Below the pieces are notes generated by a model. The model did not search any database. It saw only the letters and a program-made list of their open reading frames with translations, and had not been told where the DNA came from. This document shows positions 17,377-25,952 of a stretch of 64,000 nucleotides of DNA, one piece after another (position 1 is the stretch's first letter; each line of letters begins with the position of its first letter). The stretch comes from Pyrinomonadales bacterium. Lineage in GTDB: Bacteria > Acidobacteriota > Blastocatellia > Pyrinomonadales > Pyrinomonadaceae. The translations under genes were made by a program, and so were the position numbers. The DNA is taken from NCBI GenBank assembly GCA_038200505.1, contig JBBPXX010000005.1:11201-75200 (forward strand). The letters are read 5' to 3'.

Positions 17377-18349
17377 ACCCGTTGACGAACAACACGCTTT
17401 ACAAATTCAAGCCGGAACAATAGGAAGGAAGAAAGGACACGATTTTGAGGATAATTTGACTTCAAAATTGAATTCTTTACCGATGCCTTACAAGATTGAG
17501 GAATTTCCTGAACCGGAAAAACATTTATTTACAGATAATCCTGAAATATCTGTTTTACATTATGTTTGCTCTCGAAAAGGCATTTTTGAAATAAAGCAGA
17601 TTATCGCAATTTCCACAGGCGCATTAGCGACATCTGAAGCTGGCAAAAAGTGGTTGGACGTGAACGGCGTGAAAGTATCGAGATGCAAAAGCGACGTAAT
17701 TTTAACTTTGAAATTAAAAGATAATACTGATGTAACCGTCGGAATTTCCACAAAGCAATGCAACAATAAAACTCCAACAAACGCGCAATTATATTTCACC
17801 ACAGCCAGAGCTTTTTGCGCTCTTTTGAGGAATAACAACATAGAAGTTGCCGAAAAAGGCGAAAAAGCATTGCGTCAATTTTGCGGCGACGAAGGCTTTC
17901 GTCCGCTTGATTTTCCTCATCTACTTACAGACAGACAAAGCGATCCGCGCCGATTTTTCTGGGAGGAAATTGATTCGGAAGGACGAGTTGAGTTGGAAAA
18001 TTTATTGACCAAAAAGCAAGATGAAATAACGCGCCTTTTATTGCAAAAAGCATATCTTGATGATCCATTTGCGCCTGATTTTATTCTGCATAAAACAAAA
18101 CGTGCGGACAGTTGGGAGAAAACGGAAGTTGCAATTTATACAGTTGACGAACTGATTAGACTTTCGAGAAATTACGCCGGATTTGCTCTTGAATCATATT
18201 CCGTCAGAAAAGGAAGTTACCGTGATCCAAAAGGAGTTACACATTTAGCTCCGCGTTTCGGCATCGTTCAAATGCAGCGCGGCGGACAATCTCAACATCC
18301 GACGCAACTACAATTCAACTTAAAAGCCGGATATTTCTACAAGATTTAA
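17366..18349 (+). CDS. putative type II restriction endonuclease, 327 aa
   Basis: Sits directly after, and overlaps, a C protein, and is convergent with a C5 methyltransferase. A possible PD-(D/E)xK-like core is KSDVILTLKL...VGISTKQ. Specificity is unknown. Confidence 0.6.
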   Translation: MALKPVDEQHALQIQAGTIGRKKGHDFEDNLTSKLNSLPMPYKIEEFPEPEKHLFTDNPEISVLHYVCSRKGIFEIKQIIAISTGALATSEAGKKWLDVNGVKVSRCKSDVILTLKLKDNTDVTVGISTKQCNNKTPTNAQLYFTTARAFCALLRNNNIEVAEKGEKALRQFCGDEGFRPLDFPHLLTDRQSDPRRFFWEEIDSEGRVELENLLTKKQDEITRLLLQKAYLDDPFAPDFILHKTKRADSWEKTEVAIYTVDELIRLSRNYAGFALESYSVRKGSYRDPKGVTHLAPRFGIVQMQRGGQSQHPTQLQFNLKAGYFYKI

Positions 18350-19732
18350 CAATTCCATTTTGATATGTCGGGCAATCGCAAAGGCAAGCAAAGGCGGCAA
18401 GGCATTTCCAATGGTTGCGCGAATATCGCCGAGCGAACCGACGAATTTGAAAGTATCGGGAAATGATTGAATACGCGCCGCTTCTCTGACAGTTAAAGAG
18501 CGCGTGGCAATCGGATGGACATTGCGACAACCGGAAATCATTCCGAAAGTAGTTTGAACGGTTGAAGCCGGTTCGTTCCAAATCTGGCGTTTATAAGTCG
18601 TGTTATAACCGGAAGGCGGACGCAAATTCGCGTCTTCGTTTTCGTGTGCGCTTTTTCCTTGCGGCACATCCCAAAGCCATTTGATAACGTGGTCTGGATG
18701 TCTAACCGCTTCGTGCAGAGAATCGGTTTGGCTTTTTTCACCGGATTCAAGAAATTCTAAATCAGAACAGGCATCAGCAAATGTGCGATAAGGCGCAACA
18801 GAGGAAAAAAGATTGTTCGTTTCTCCGTGTGTCGGCAACGACATTGTCGGTTCAATATTTTTCAAATCATTTCTAACAGCAATAAAAATTACCCGTTCGC
18901 GGTGTTGCGGAATTCCATAATCTTTAGCATTAATTTCAAAATGCTTAACTCGATAACCCGACGCATCAAAATCTTTGTAAATTTGATTTAGAACTAAGTT
19001 GCCGTCGGCAGTTTTCATTGAAGTTAAAAGCCGGACATTTTCCATAACGGCAACTTTTGGCTGTAATCCGTTGACTATTTTTAAATAACTCTTAAACAAA
19101 TTATTTCTGGAGTCGCTTACATCACGTTTGCCGGAAAGACTAAAACCCTGACAAGGCGGACCACCGATAACAACATCAATTTCGCCAAATTCATTTTTCC
19201 ATTGGTTAATTATTTTGTCGTTGATTTTTTTTATATCCGCGCCTAATTCGACGGCTTTAGAGAAATTTTGCCGATAAATTTTACGGAAGGCATTTTTTAA
19301 TTCTAAAAAACCAAGTATTTCAAAATCAGCCCAAGAAAAACCTAAGCTAAAACCGCCGCAACCGGAAAATAAAGAAATAACTTTTCCCTTTTTTTGATTA
19401 GAAATTCGTGTTTTTTCAAGTTGATCTAAAAAAGTGAGATAATTTTTGTTTTCTTCCGTTCGTCTAATTTTAGATTTACGAGAAACTGTTTTCGGAATTC
19501 CATCAAAAGAATGAACTTGATAGCGTTTCTTTTTAATCTCCCGAACTTGAGTTTTACTGATTTCACTCAAAACTTTATGAAGAGAAGATAAATTATTTTG
19601 ATTTAAAGAGGATTTTCCAAGTTCATAAGCAGACAATAAATGTTGCGGAATATCAGCTAACTCTGAAAGTTTAGCTTGCGATAATCCAATCTCTTTGCGT
19701 TTTTCTCTTGTTGAAGTTCCCGAATTTATCAT
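18320..19732 (-). CDS. DNA (cytosine-5)-methyltransferase with N-terminal XRE-type HTH extension
   Basis: Motif I FSGCGGFSLGF, IV GGPPCQGFS, VI MENV, VIII QHRERVIFIA, X GNALPP. The N-terminal ~60 aa contain IGLSQAKLSELADIPQHLLSAYELGK. Confidence 0.92.
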   Translation of the reverse strand: MINSGTSTREKRKEIGLSQAKLSELADIPQHLLSAYELGKSSLNQNNLSSLHKVLSEISKTQVREIKKKRYQVHSFDGIPKTVSRKSKIRRTEENKNYLTFLDQLEKTRISNQKKGKVISLFSGCGGFSLGFSWADFEILGFLELKNAFRKIYRQNFSKAVELGADIKKINDKIINQWKNEFGEIDVVIGGPPCQGFSLSGKRDVSDSRNNLFKSYLKIVNGLQPKVAVMENVRLLTSMKTADGNLVLNQIYKDFDASGYRVKHFEINAKDYGIPQHRERVIFIAVRNDLKNIEPTMSLPTHGETNNLFSSVAPYRTFADACSDLEFLESGEKSQTDSLHEAVRHPDHVIKWLWDVPQGKSAHENEDANLRPPSGYNTTYKRQIWNEPASTVQTTFGMISGCRNVHPIATRSLTVREAARIQSFPDTFKFVGSLGDIRATIGNALPPLLAFAIARHIKMELLNLVEISGF

Positions 19733-20128
19733 TTGTTAATAGAATTGCCGTGTTTTTAATTATGCGTTGAAACGAAAAATGTTTCAAGAAATAAAATCGT
19801 TTCGGTATTTTTGAAATGTTATGGCGACGCATCAGACCGCTTTTGTCTTTTTCAATTTGCAGTAGTTGTTCGACCAATTCAACCGGAACGCCTTGTTCTT
19901 GGCAGATTTCTTCAAGCAAGGCGTGTTCGCGGGCGCGACGTTCGTTATTTTTTTATTCATAACAAGTTCCTCACCATAAACTTCTTCGTAGATTTTTGTA
20001 ACGCCGGGCGCGTCGTGAAAATCGTGATACCAAATCCATTGAATACCGGAAATTTCTTCGCTGGTGATTAGCGGTATATCTATTGCCAACGGCAATGCAC
20101 TTCGAGAAGATGGCGAACACACTTTCAA
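19671..20128 (-). pseudogene. disrupted or recoded small ORF pair upstream of the methyltransferase
   Basis: Two overlapping frames switch at an A7 run (T7 on the + strand, 19948..19954). The downstream frame encodes a plausible helical peptide LLEEICQEQGVPVELVEQLLQIEKDKSGLMRRHNI. Confidence 0.3.
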
Positions 20129-20134
20129 AGGTTT

Positions 20135-20380
20135 TCAAGTCGTGTAACGAGTGTTGCTTTTAATATCATCTCTCGTCCATTGCCAAACACCGGCAAATTT
20201 TAAGTAATAATAATCAACATCCGACTTTGATTTATTGTAATAAACGGAAACTTTTTCGTTATTGATATAAACGTCAAACTCTTCGATTGCTCTTTCAGCC
20301 TGACGCGGTTTCATTTCGCCGTCACGGTATTTCCAAACACGAATATTGATGCTTTTATCATTGCGTGAATAAATTTTCAT
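20135..20380 (-). CDS. hypothetical protein, 81 aa
   Basis: ATG ORF with a non-repetitive sequence. It is in the same frame as the next ORF downstream and separated from it only by TGA. Confidence 0.4.
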   Translation of the reverse strand: MKIYSRNDKSINIRVWKYRDGEMKPRQAERAIEEFDVYINNEKVSVYYNKSKSDVDYYYLKFAGVWQWTRDDIKSNTRYTT

Positions 20381-20393
20381 AATTTATGTCAAT

Positions 20394-20591
20394 CTAAACT
20401 GTAATTATTTTTGTCATCCACCAGCCGAAACGCGAATTGCCGCAACTTGGCGTTGAGGTGTCAATGACCAGCGGACATTCGCCGCCGGAAGCATTGCGGT
20501 AAAGCGTGAAAAGTTTGCGTTTGTCGCCGCGCCAAGGGAATGGGACTTGCAAAAGTATGTTCAAACGTGATTGTGATTGTTCATTCGGCAT
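20394..20591 (-). CDS. hypothetical protein, 65 aa
   Basis: ATG ORF starting 15 nt after the comF-like stop. No RBS and no motif. Confidence 0.3.
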   Translation of the reverse strand: MPNEQSQSRLNILLQVPFPWRGDKRKLFTLYRNASGGECPLVIDTSTPSCGNSRFGWWMTKIITV

Positions 20592-20606
20592 AATTTTGCG
20601 AAATAC

Positions 20607-21329
20607 TTACAAAGTTTTAGATAATGTAAAAACGCAAACCTTATCCGCACCGGCTTCTTTTAAGACTTTGGCACAAGCGGAAACGGTTGCGCCGGAAGTG
20701 AAAATATCATCAATCAGCAGGATGTTTTCGCCTTTGATAAGATTCGGTCTTTTCACTTCAAAAGCGTTTTTGACACTCATTTCACGCGCTTTATTGTCCA
20801 TCGCGGCGCGGTGCATCGGCGTATGAATTTTGCGGGTAAGACTTTGCTTATCGAGTTTTATATCGGCGGCTTTGGATAAAATTTCGGCTAAAACGGCGGC
20901 TTGATTAAATCCGCGTTCAAAAAAGCGTTTTTTTGATAAAGGAACGGGAACTATTAAGGAAACGTCTTGAAATGAGGAAGTTTGGAAACGCTCGATGAAA
21001 AGTTTTTGCAGATGTTTGGCGACAAACGGTTCGCGTTTGAGATTGAGAATGGAAGCCGCAATTGCGTATTCATAACCGCCTACGGCAAGCGCGAAATCAT
21101 AAAATTGCTCGTCGCAAAGATGACAAAAGGTTTTAAAGTTTGAAGGTTTCGGATGCAAAAATCGCCCGCATTTGCCGCATAAAGTTTCCGTGCCGGAAAA
21201 AATCAACGTCTTTTCCCAACACGATTGACAGGCAACACCGTCAGCCGAATTTTCGACGCTGTTATTACAAACTTGACAGGCTTGAGGATAAGCAAGAGTC
21301 AAAAGTGAGTCGTAAATTTTATGAAACAT
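20607..21329 (-). CDS. ComF-family phosphoribosyltransferase-domain protein
   Basis: N-terminal Cys-rich zinc-finger region and a PRTase motif ILLIDDIFTSGAT. Confidence 0.8.
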   Translation of the reverse strand: MFHKIYDSLLTLAYPQACQVCNNSVENSADGVACQSCWEKTLIFSGTETLCGKCGRFLHPKPSNFKTFCHLCDEQFYDFALAVGGYEYAIAASILNLKREPFVAKHLQKLFIERFQTSSFQDVSLIVPVPLSKKRFFERGFNQAAVLAEILSKAADIKLDKQSLTRKIHTPMHRAAMDNKAREMSVKNAFEVKRPNLIKGENILLIDDIFTSGATVSACAKVLKEAGADKVCVFTLSKTL

Positions 21330-21331
21330 AC

Positions 21332-21419
21332 AAAAAGTGAAAAGGTGAAAAGGTGAAAAAGTTGCATCTATGTTTTATTTATCTTTTTCACTCTTTCACT
21401 TTTTCACTTTTTCACTTTC
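21332..21419. repeat. word-repeat hairpin (GTGAAAAG words)
   Basis: AAAAAGTGAAAAGGTGAAAAGGTGAAAAAG faces CTTTTTCACTCTTTCACTTTTTCACTTTTTCACTTTC. It lies between the dksA-like stop and the comF-like start. Confidence 0.7.
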
Positions 21420-21771
21420 AATCTTCATCAAGCAAGCCTTTTTCCTGCAATTCTTGACAGGTAAGGCAATAACGCGCCCACGGCACAGCGTTCAGACGTT
21501 TCGAATTAATCTCTTGTTCGCAATTTTGACACTCGCCGTATTCTTCGTCGGCGATGCGTTCCAACGCTTCGTTAATTAAAAAAAGCTGCCGACTTTCGTT
21601 TTCCGAAACCGCCAGCATTACGTTTTTTGAATAGTTTCTAACCGCCAAATCCACCGGATCAGGTGTTTCCGAAGCGTCCACCGAAAGGTCATTGCCCGCC
21701 AGTTTTTGGATCAGAAGTTCGCGCTCGGCGATAAGTTTTTCTTTAATTTCTTCTACATCTATTTTGTTCAT
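21418..21771 (-). CDS. DksA/TraR-family C4 zinc-finger regulator
   Basis: C-terminal CQNCEQEI...YCLTCQ four-Cys finger and an N-terminal coiled coil. Confidence 0.8.
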   Translation of the reverse strand: MNKIDVEEIKEKLIAERELLIQKLAGNDLSVDASETPDPVDLAVRNYSKNVMLAVSENESRQLFLINEALERIADEEYGECQNCEQEINSKRLNAVPWARYCLTCQELQEKGLLDED

Positions 21772-22208
21772 TTTTGATATGGAAACCCCTTGATTATTGT
21801 ATAAGCTCGATAAAGCTGTTCTAACATTACGACACGCGCCATCTCGTGCGTGAAAGTCAGAAGCGATAAGGATAAACTAAAGTCCGCCCTTTCGACAACC
21901 TCAGATGACACACCTTCCGCACCGCCGATGACAAAAGCGATTTCCTTAAATGCGCGATTTTGCCAATTTTCAATCTTTTCGGCTACATCGTGCGAGGAAG
22001 TCGAGCGTCCCTTCACGTCTAATAAACAGACGAAGTTGCTTTGATTCACTTTTTCCAAAATTCGTTTGCCTTCATCTTCTTTGCCGCTGTCTTTAATTTC
22101 AACCGTTTCAAACTTTACAAAATGAGAAAGACGCTGCAAGTATTCTTCCTGCAACGCCCGCCAGTTTTTATCTTTAGTTTTTCCAACCCAAACGAATCGA
22201 AAGTGCAT
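21768..22208 (-). CDS. rlmH: 23S rRNA (pseudouridine1915-N3)-methyltransferase
   Basis: SPOUT fold with the C-terminal pattern FTHEMARVVMLEQLYRAY. There is a 4-nt overlap with the next gene. Confidence 0.88.
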   Translation of the reverse strand: MHFRFVWVGKTKDKNWRALQEEYLQRLSHFVKFETVEIKDSGKEDEGKRILEKVNQSNFVCLLDVKGRSTSSHDVAEKIENWQNRAFKEIAFVIGGAEGVSSEVVERADFSLSLSLLTFTHEMARVVMLEQLYRAYTIIKGFPYQK

Positions 22209-22217
22209 TATAAAATT

Positions 22218-22700
22218 TTATTCCTTTGCTGTTTCGAGAATTTTCCTATACAAATTCGGACTAATCCAGTAACCGAAATCAATCAAATCGTCTAAAGGTC
22301 GCCGCACTTCAGGAATTAAATTTTGCGATTTTGCTAACAAAAAAATTCCCAAGATACCGATAATTGCCTGTTTTCGAGTTTGCGCGGTTTTTCTTGCCTT
22401 CAAATCGTCATTTATCAGCAAATCCGCATTCACTTCCGAAGCCAAAATCAAAGCTGCGGCTTCGCCTTTGCCAAGTCCGAATTTAGCCGACAAATCGTTA
22501 ATTTCTTGCAGCGAAACTTTTTTTATTTCAACCCACACTGCGTTTTTGATTTCGTTTGCGCCGATGCGGTTTCCGCTTTGCGTAATTTCTTCATAAACGC
22601 TTTCGGGAATGTAAATCGTTTGATAAAGCGTTTCGAGCAAATCGAGTTTTCCAATTGCAGACAAACCGATAAGCGGCGAAGAATTTGAAACAACAATCAT
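22218..22700 (-). CDS. DUF3368 (PIN-like) putative toxin
   Basis: The N-terminus VVSNSSPLIGLSAIGKLDLL is typical of DUF3368. There is a 4-nt overlap with the upstream UPF0175 gene. Confidence 0.72.
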   Translation of the reverse strand: MIVVSNSSPLIGLSAIGKLDLLETLYQTIYIPESVYEEITQSGNRIGANEIKNAVWVEIKKVSLQEINDLSAKFGLGKGEAAALILASEVNADLLINDDLKARKTAQTRKQAIIGILGIFLLAKSQNLIPEVRRPLDDLIDFGYWISPNLYRKILETAKE

Positions 22701-23005
22701 TGTTTAAGTCGGTTCTTTGCTGAAAGTTTTAAATTGACGCGATTAAAATTTCGTATTTCTTCCTGCCATTCGTTTTCATCAAAATCGAAAATCGAAACCT
22801 CTTTTTCACCGAGAAATTTTATGAATTCCGCCAAAGAAATACCGAGCAAATTCGCGCCTGTTTCGGTTGAGATTTCGCGGTTTTTGTAAAGCGTCGCCAC
22901 AGCTTGTTCGAGGGCTTGACGAGATAAAACCTGACGCAGCTTTTTTTCCAAAGGTGTTCCTAAAACAGCATCGGGAACATCAATTTCAATTAAAACTTTC
23001 GACAT
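22697..23005 (-). CDS. UPF0175-family putative antitoxin
   Basis: A 102-aa protein immediately upstream of, and overlapping, the DUF3368 gene. This is a known pairing. Confidence 0.65.
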   Translation of the reverse strand: MSKVLIEIDVPDAVLGTPLEKKLRQVLSRQALEQAVATLYKNREISTETGANLLGISLAEFIKFLGEKEVSIFDFDENEWQEEIRNFNRVNLKLSAKNRLKQ

Positions 23006-23019
23006 AAAATAATAAACCT

Positions 23020-23466
23020 CTAAATATCTTCGGGAATTTCAACTTTCTTCGCATCGCGCCAAAGTCTTGCGAGATCGTAAAAATCACGCGCTTCCTTTTC
23101 AAAAATATGCACGATAAAATCACCGTAGTCGAGCAAAACCCATTCGGCGGCGTTGTAACCTTCGATGCGAATGGCTTTTGATTTTAATTGTTTTTTGAGC
23201 TGTTCATTAATTTCATCGGAAATCGCCTGCACCTGACGCTGATTCGCGCCGCTGCAAATGATAAAAAATTCCGTAAAACTGGCAATTTCACGCAAATCGA
23301 GCGCGACCATATCAAACGCTTTTTTCTCGTTCGCGCAAGATAAAGCGAGTTTTACATTGTCGTCGAGTTCGGCAAAAGGAGTTATCGCTTGTTCAGTTTC
23401 AACTGTTTCCGTCGTTTCGTGTTGCAAAGTTTTTTCCTGTGTCGCTTCCATAATTTCAGTTATCAA
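23020..23466 (-). CDS. rsfS: ribosome silencing factor
   Basis: [16 protein letters not shown] ... [21 protein letters not shown] is the RsfS/iojap signature. Confidence 0.9.
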   Translation of the reverse strand: MITEIMEATQEKTLQHETTETVETEQAITPFAELDDNVKLALSCANEKKAFDMVALDLREIASFTEFFIICSGANQRQVQAISDEINEQLKKQLKSKAIRIEGYNAAEWVLLDYGDFIVHIFEKEARDFYDLARLWRDAKKVEIPEDI

Positions 23467-23475
23467 TTATTTTTG

Positions 23476-24120
23476 TTAAATGTAAAGGTCGTATTTTTTG
23501 ATGTATTTTGCAACCTCTAACGGCACGAGTTTGCGCCAATCGGTTTTGTTCTCTTTAATTTTTTGCCGAATTTCCGTCGCCGAAATATCCAATTGAACCG
23601 CGTCTGTAATGTAAATTCGTGAATCGTGAATCGTGAATCGTGAATCGTTTTCTTGCCGAAAGTCAATAATTCTTTCTTTAATCTCATCAGTAATATGCGA
23701 AAATTCGATTTCATAATCGGGACGAGTTACGACAATAATATTAACAATCGTCAAAACCGTTTCCCATTCGCGCCACGTTGTAATTTCCGCCCACGAATCC
23801 GCGCCCATCACAAAGAAAATCTGCGCGTCTTTTAATTCATTTTTCAATTTCGACAAAGTTTCAAAAGTATAAGGTCTTTCGGGCGCGTCGAGTTCCATTT
23901 TGGAAATTTTAATGTGCGGCGCATCATTCGTCGCCAAAGCGAGCATCGCGTAACGATGAAGCGCGGAAGTCGGATTTTTGTCTTTTTTGTGCGGCGCGTG
24001 GAAGGCGGGAATAAAAACAAATTCGTCGAGCTTAAAAACTTCGGTCAATTTCCGTGCAATAGTCAAATGTCCGTCGTGGAGCGGGTCAAAACTTCCGCCG
24101 TAAAATGCGATTCGCTTCAT
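23476..24120 (-). CDS. nadD: nicotinate-nucleotide adenylyltransferase
   Basis: GGSFDPLHDGH and ISATEIR motifs. Carries an unusual heptamer-repeat-encoded insert (SRFTIHDSR). Confidence 0.9.
   Translation of the reverse strand: MKRIAFYGGSFDPLHDGHLTIARKLTEVFKLDEFVFIPAFHAPHKKDKNPTSALHRYAMLALATNDAPHIKISKMELDAPERPYTFETLSKLKNELKDAQIFFVMGADSWAEITTWREWETVLTIVNIIVVTRPDYEIEFSHITDEIKERIIDFRQENDSRFTIHDSRIYITDAVQLDISATEIRQKIKENKTDWRKLVPLEVAKYIKKYDLYI
23617..23648. repeat. tandem heptamer TCGTGAA x4.6 inside the nadD coding sequence
   Basis: TCGTGAATCGTGAATCGTGAATCGTGAATCGT read directly. It encodes SRFTIHDSR on the minus strand. Confidence 0.9.
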
Positions 24121-24408
24121 TTGTTTTTTTTCCGCATAAATCCTTTTCAGGCTTTTCCTACTTTAGCAAATGAACAACACAACTACCGGACAACCAAATG
24201 AGTAAAGTAATTTACCTCATACGATAATTGAGAAAAGTGTAAATTATCTTTCAATGTGAAACAAATGTTGGATAGAGGTTCTGATTATTTGTCAGCATAA
24301 TTTCTTTTCGTTCTTCGAACGGCATTTTGATAATTGATGATTCGATTGAGGAAAACTTTTAGAAATCGATTGAAATACTGCAAACTTCACTAACTTTGCT
24401 GATTAAAT

Positions 24409-25023
24409 CTAATTTTGTGATTTAATTTTATCCTCAAGCCACTCCGTCAAAGTATCAACCGATTCGATATGCACGGGTTTTCCTTTCCACGCTTTGAAGG
24501 CAAATATGAGCAGCATAACTGTTGTTACGATTTGGAAAATTAAATTACCGATATCCGCTATGTCGGTAATATTGCCGATACCGCCCAAAATAGTTGTAAC
24601 AATCCAAATTGCCAGATGTGCGGCAAGTCCTTGCGCGGCGTGAAAACGCACTTTTGTTTCGCTTTTCGGCACGACAAGCAGCTCGATCAAACCCGCAACT
24701 AATCCGATGTAAGGTAAATAAGGCAAGGCAATTAAGATATTTTCCGGCAACCCGATTTTCGCCACTTTGCGCGAAGAGGAGTTTTCAACATCCGAATTGA
24801 GCCGTGCGGTTTGATAAACATTAGGAACCTGCTGACCGTCGTAAGGCGATGAATAGGAAGAAAAATTTGTCTCGTCAAAACGCTGTGTCTGTTCTTCGGT
24901 GTCAACTGTTCGGGCAAATTTTCTGGTAGTTCCGTTTGAATTTGGCAAGGTCGCGGTTTGCGCTTCCTTTACTTTCTTTGGAAACTCCGGGTCAAGCGGA
25001 TTTGTATCGAATTTTTTAGGCAT
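24409..25023 (-). CDS. DUF4870-like membrane protein with disordered N-terminal half
   Basis: C-terminal TM bundle with a VRFHAAQGLA motif. Confidence 0.5.
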   Translation of the reverse strand: MPKKFDTNPLDPEFPKKVKEAQTATLPNSNGTTRKFARTVDTEEQTQRFDETNFSSYSSPYDGQQVPNVYQTARLNSDVENSSSRKVAKIGLPENILIALPYLPYIGLVAGLIELLVVPKSETKVRFHAAQGLAAHLAIWIVTTILGGIGNITDIADIGNLIFQIVTTVMLLIFAFKAWKGKPVHIESVDTLTEWLEDKIKSQN

Positions 25024-25201
25024 AACAGTAATTCCTACGACATTTTATAGTATTTGGTTCATAAATTTTAGTTTATAAGATTTTGGAGGAAAACAAAAAG
25101 GTGAAAGTCTGTGGTTGTCCACAGCCGCACTTCGTGTCGCGCCCCGTATAAATTCGCCTCCGATTATCATTTAATAGCCATAGTTTTAATGGAGGCAAAA
25201 A

Positions 25202-25939
25202 ATGAACGAAGAAAGAAACAAACATTTATTTAACGCCGGTTTAGCTTTGGCGATAGCTTTGGTCGTATCGTCGGTGATAATCGGCTGGTCATATACACAT
25301 AAAAAAAACGGTGATGAAGCCGTAACGGTAACAGGTTCAGCGAAAAAAAGCATCAAGTCCGATTTGGTCGTCTGGAGTGCCGGAGTTTCTTATCAAGCAC
25401 CGCAATTGTCCGACGCTTATAAAGAATTAACAAACACTATTCCGCTGATTAAAAAGTATTTAATCGGTAAAGGCATTGCTGAAAATCAGATTACGGTTTC
25501 TTCGATTTCGTCAACAACTTTGAAAGAACGCGACGCGAACGGGATCGAAACATCAGTGATTAACGGTTATTCTCTGCGGCAGCAAGTCGAAGTCAGATCG
25601 AATGATGTTGACCGCATCGCACAGATTGCGCGTGAGGCGACGGAATTGATAAATCAGGGAATTCTGCTCGAATCGAATCCGCCGCAGTATTATTACACGC
25701 AGATCGGCGATTTGAAGATCGAAATGCTCGGCGAAGCGGCAAAAGATGCAAAAGAACGCGCCGAAAAAATCGCCGACAGCACGGGCAATAAAATCGGCAC
25801 ATTGCGCTCGGCGCGAATGGGCGTGATGCAGATTACGGCGGCGGATTCGACGGAAGTTTCCGATTACGGCATCAACGATACGTCTTCGATTGACAAAGAT
25901 GTAACAGCGGTTGTCAACATCAGTTTTGCCGTCGAATAA
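25202..25939 (+). CDS. SIMPL (DUF541) domain protein
   Basis: N-terminal TM followed by a VTVTGSA...DL..W...V pattern typical of SIMPL / 26-kDa periplasmic proteins. Confidence 0.7.
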   Translation: MNEERNKHLFNAGLALAIALVVSSVIIGWSYTHKKNGDEAVTVTGSAKKSIKSDLVVWSAGVSYQAPQLSDAYKELTNTIPLIKKYLIGKGIAENQITVSSISSTTLKERDANGIETSVINGYSLRQQVEVRSNDVDRIAQIAREATELINQGILLESNPPQYYYTQIGDLKIEMLGEAAKDAKERAEKIADSTGNKIGTLRSARMGVMQITAADSTEVSDYGINDTSSIDKDVTAVVNISFAVE

Positions 25940-25952
25940 ACAGGAGAAAATT

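Noticed and set aside
20135-20137. In-frame TGA between ORFs 20135..20380 and 19832..20128 as a second selenocysteine codon
   Set aside because: There is no redox-motif context. The nearest good hairpin (AUUGCC-GUU-GGCAAU) is ~43 nt downstream, outside the usual SECIS distance. The neighbouring frame switch suggests gene decay. It is kept only as part of the pseudogene/recoding finding.
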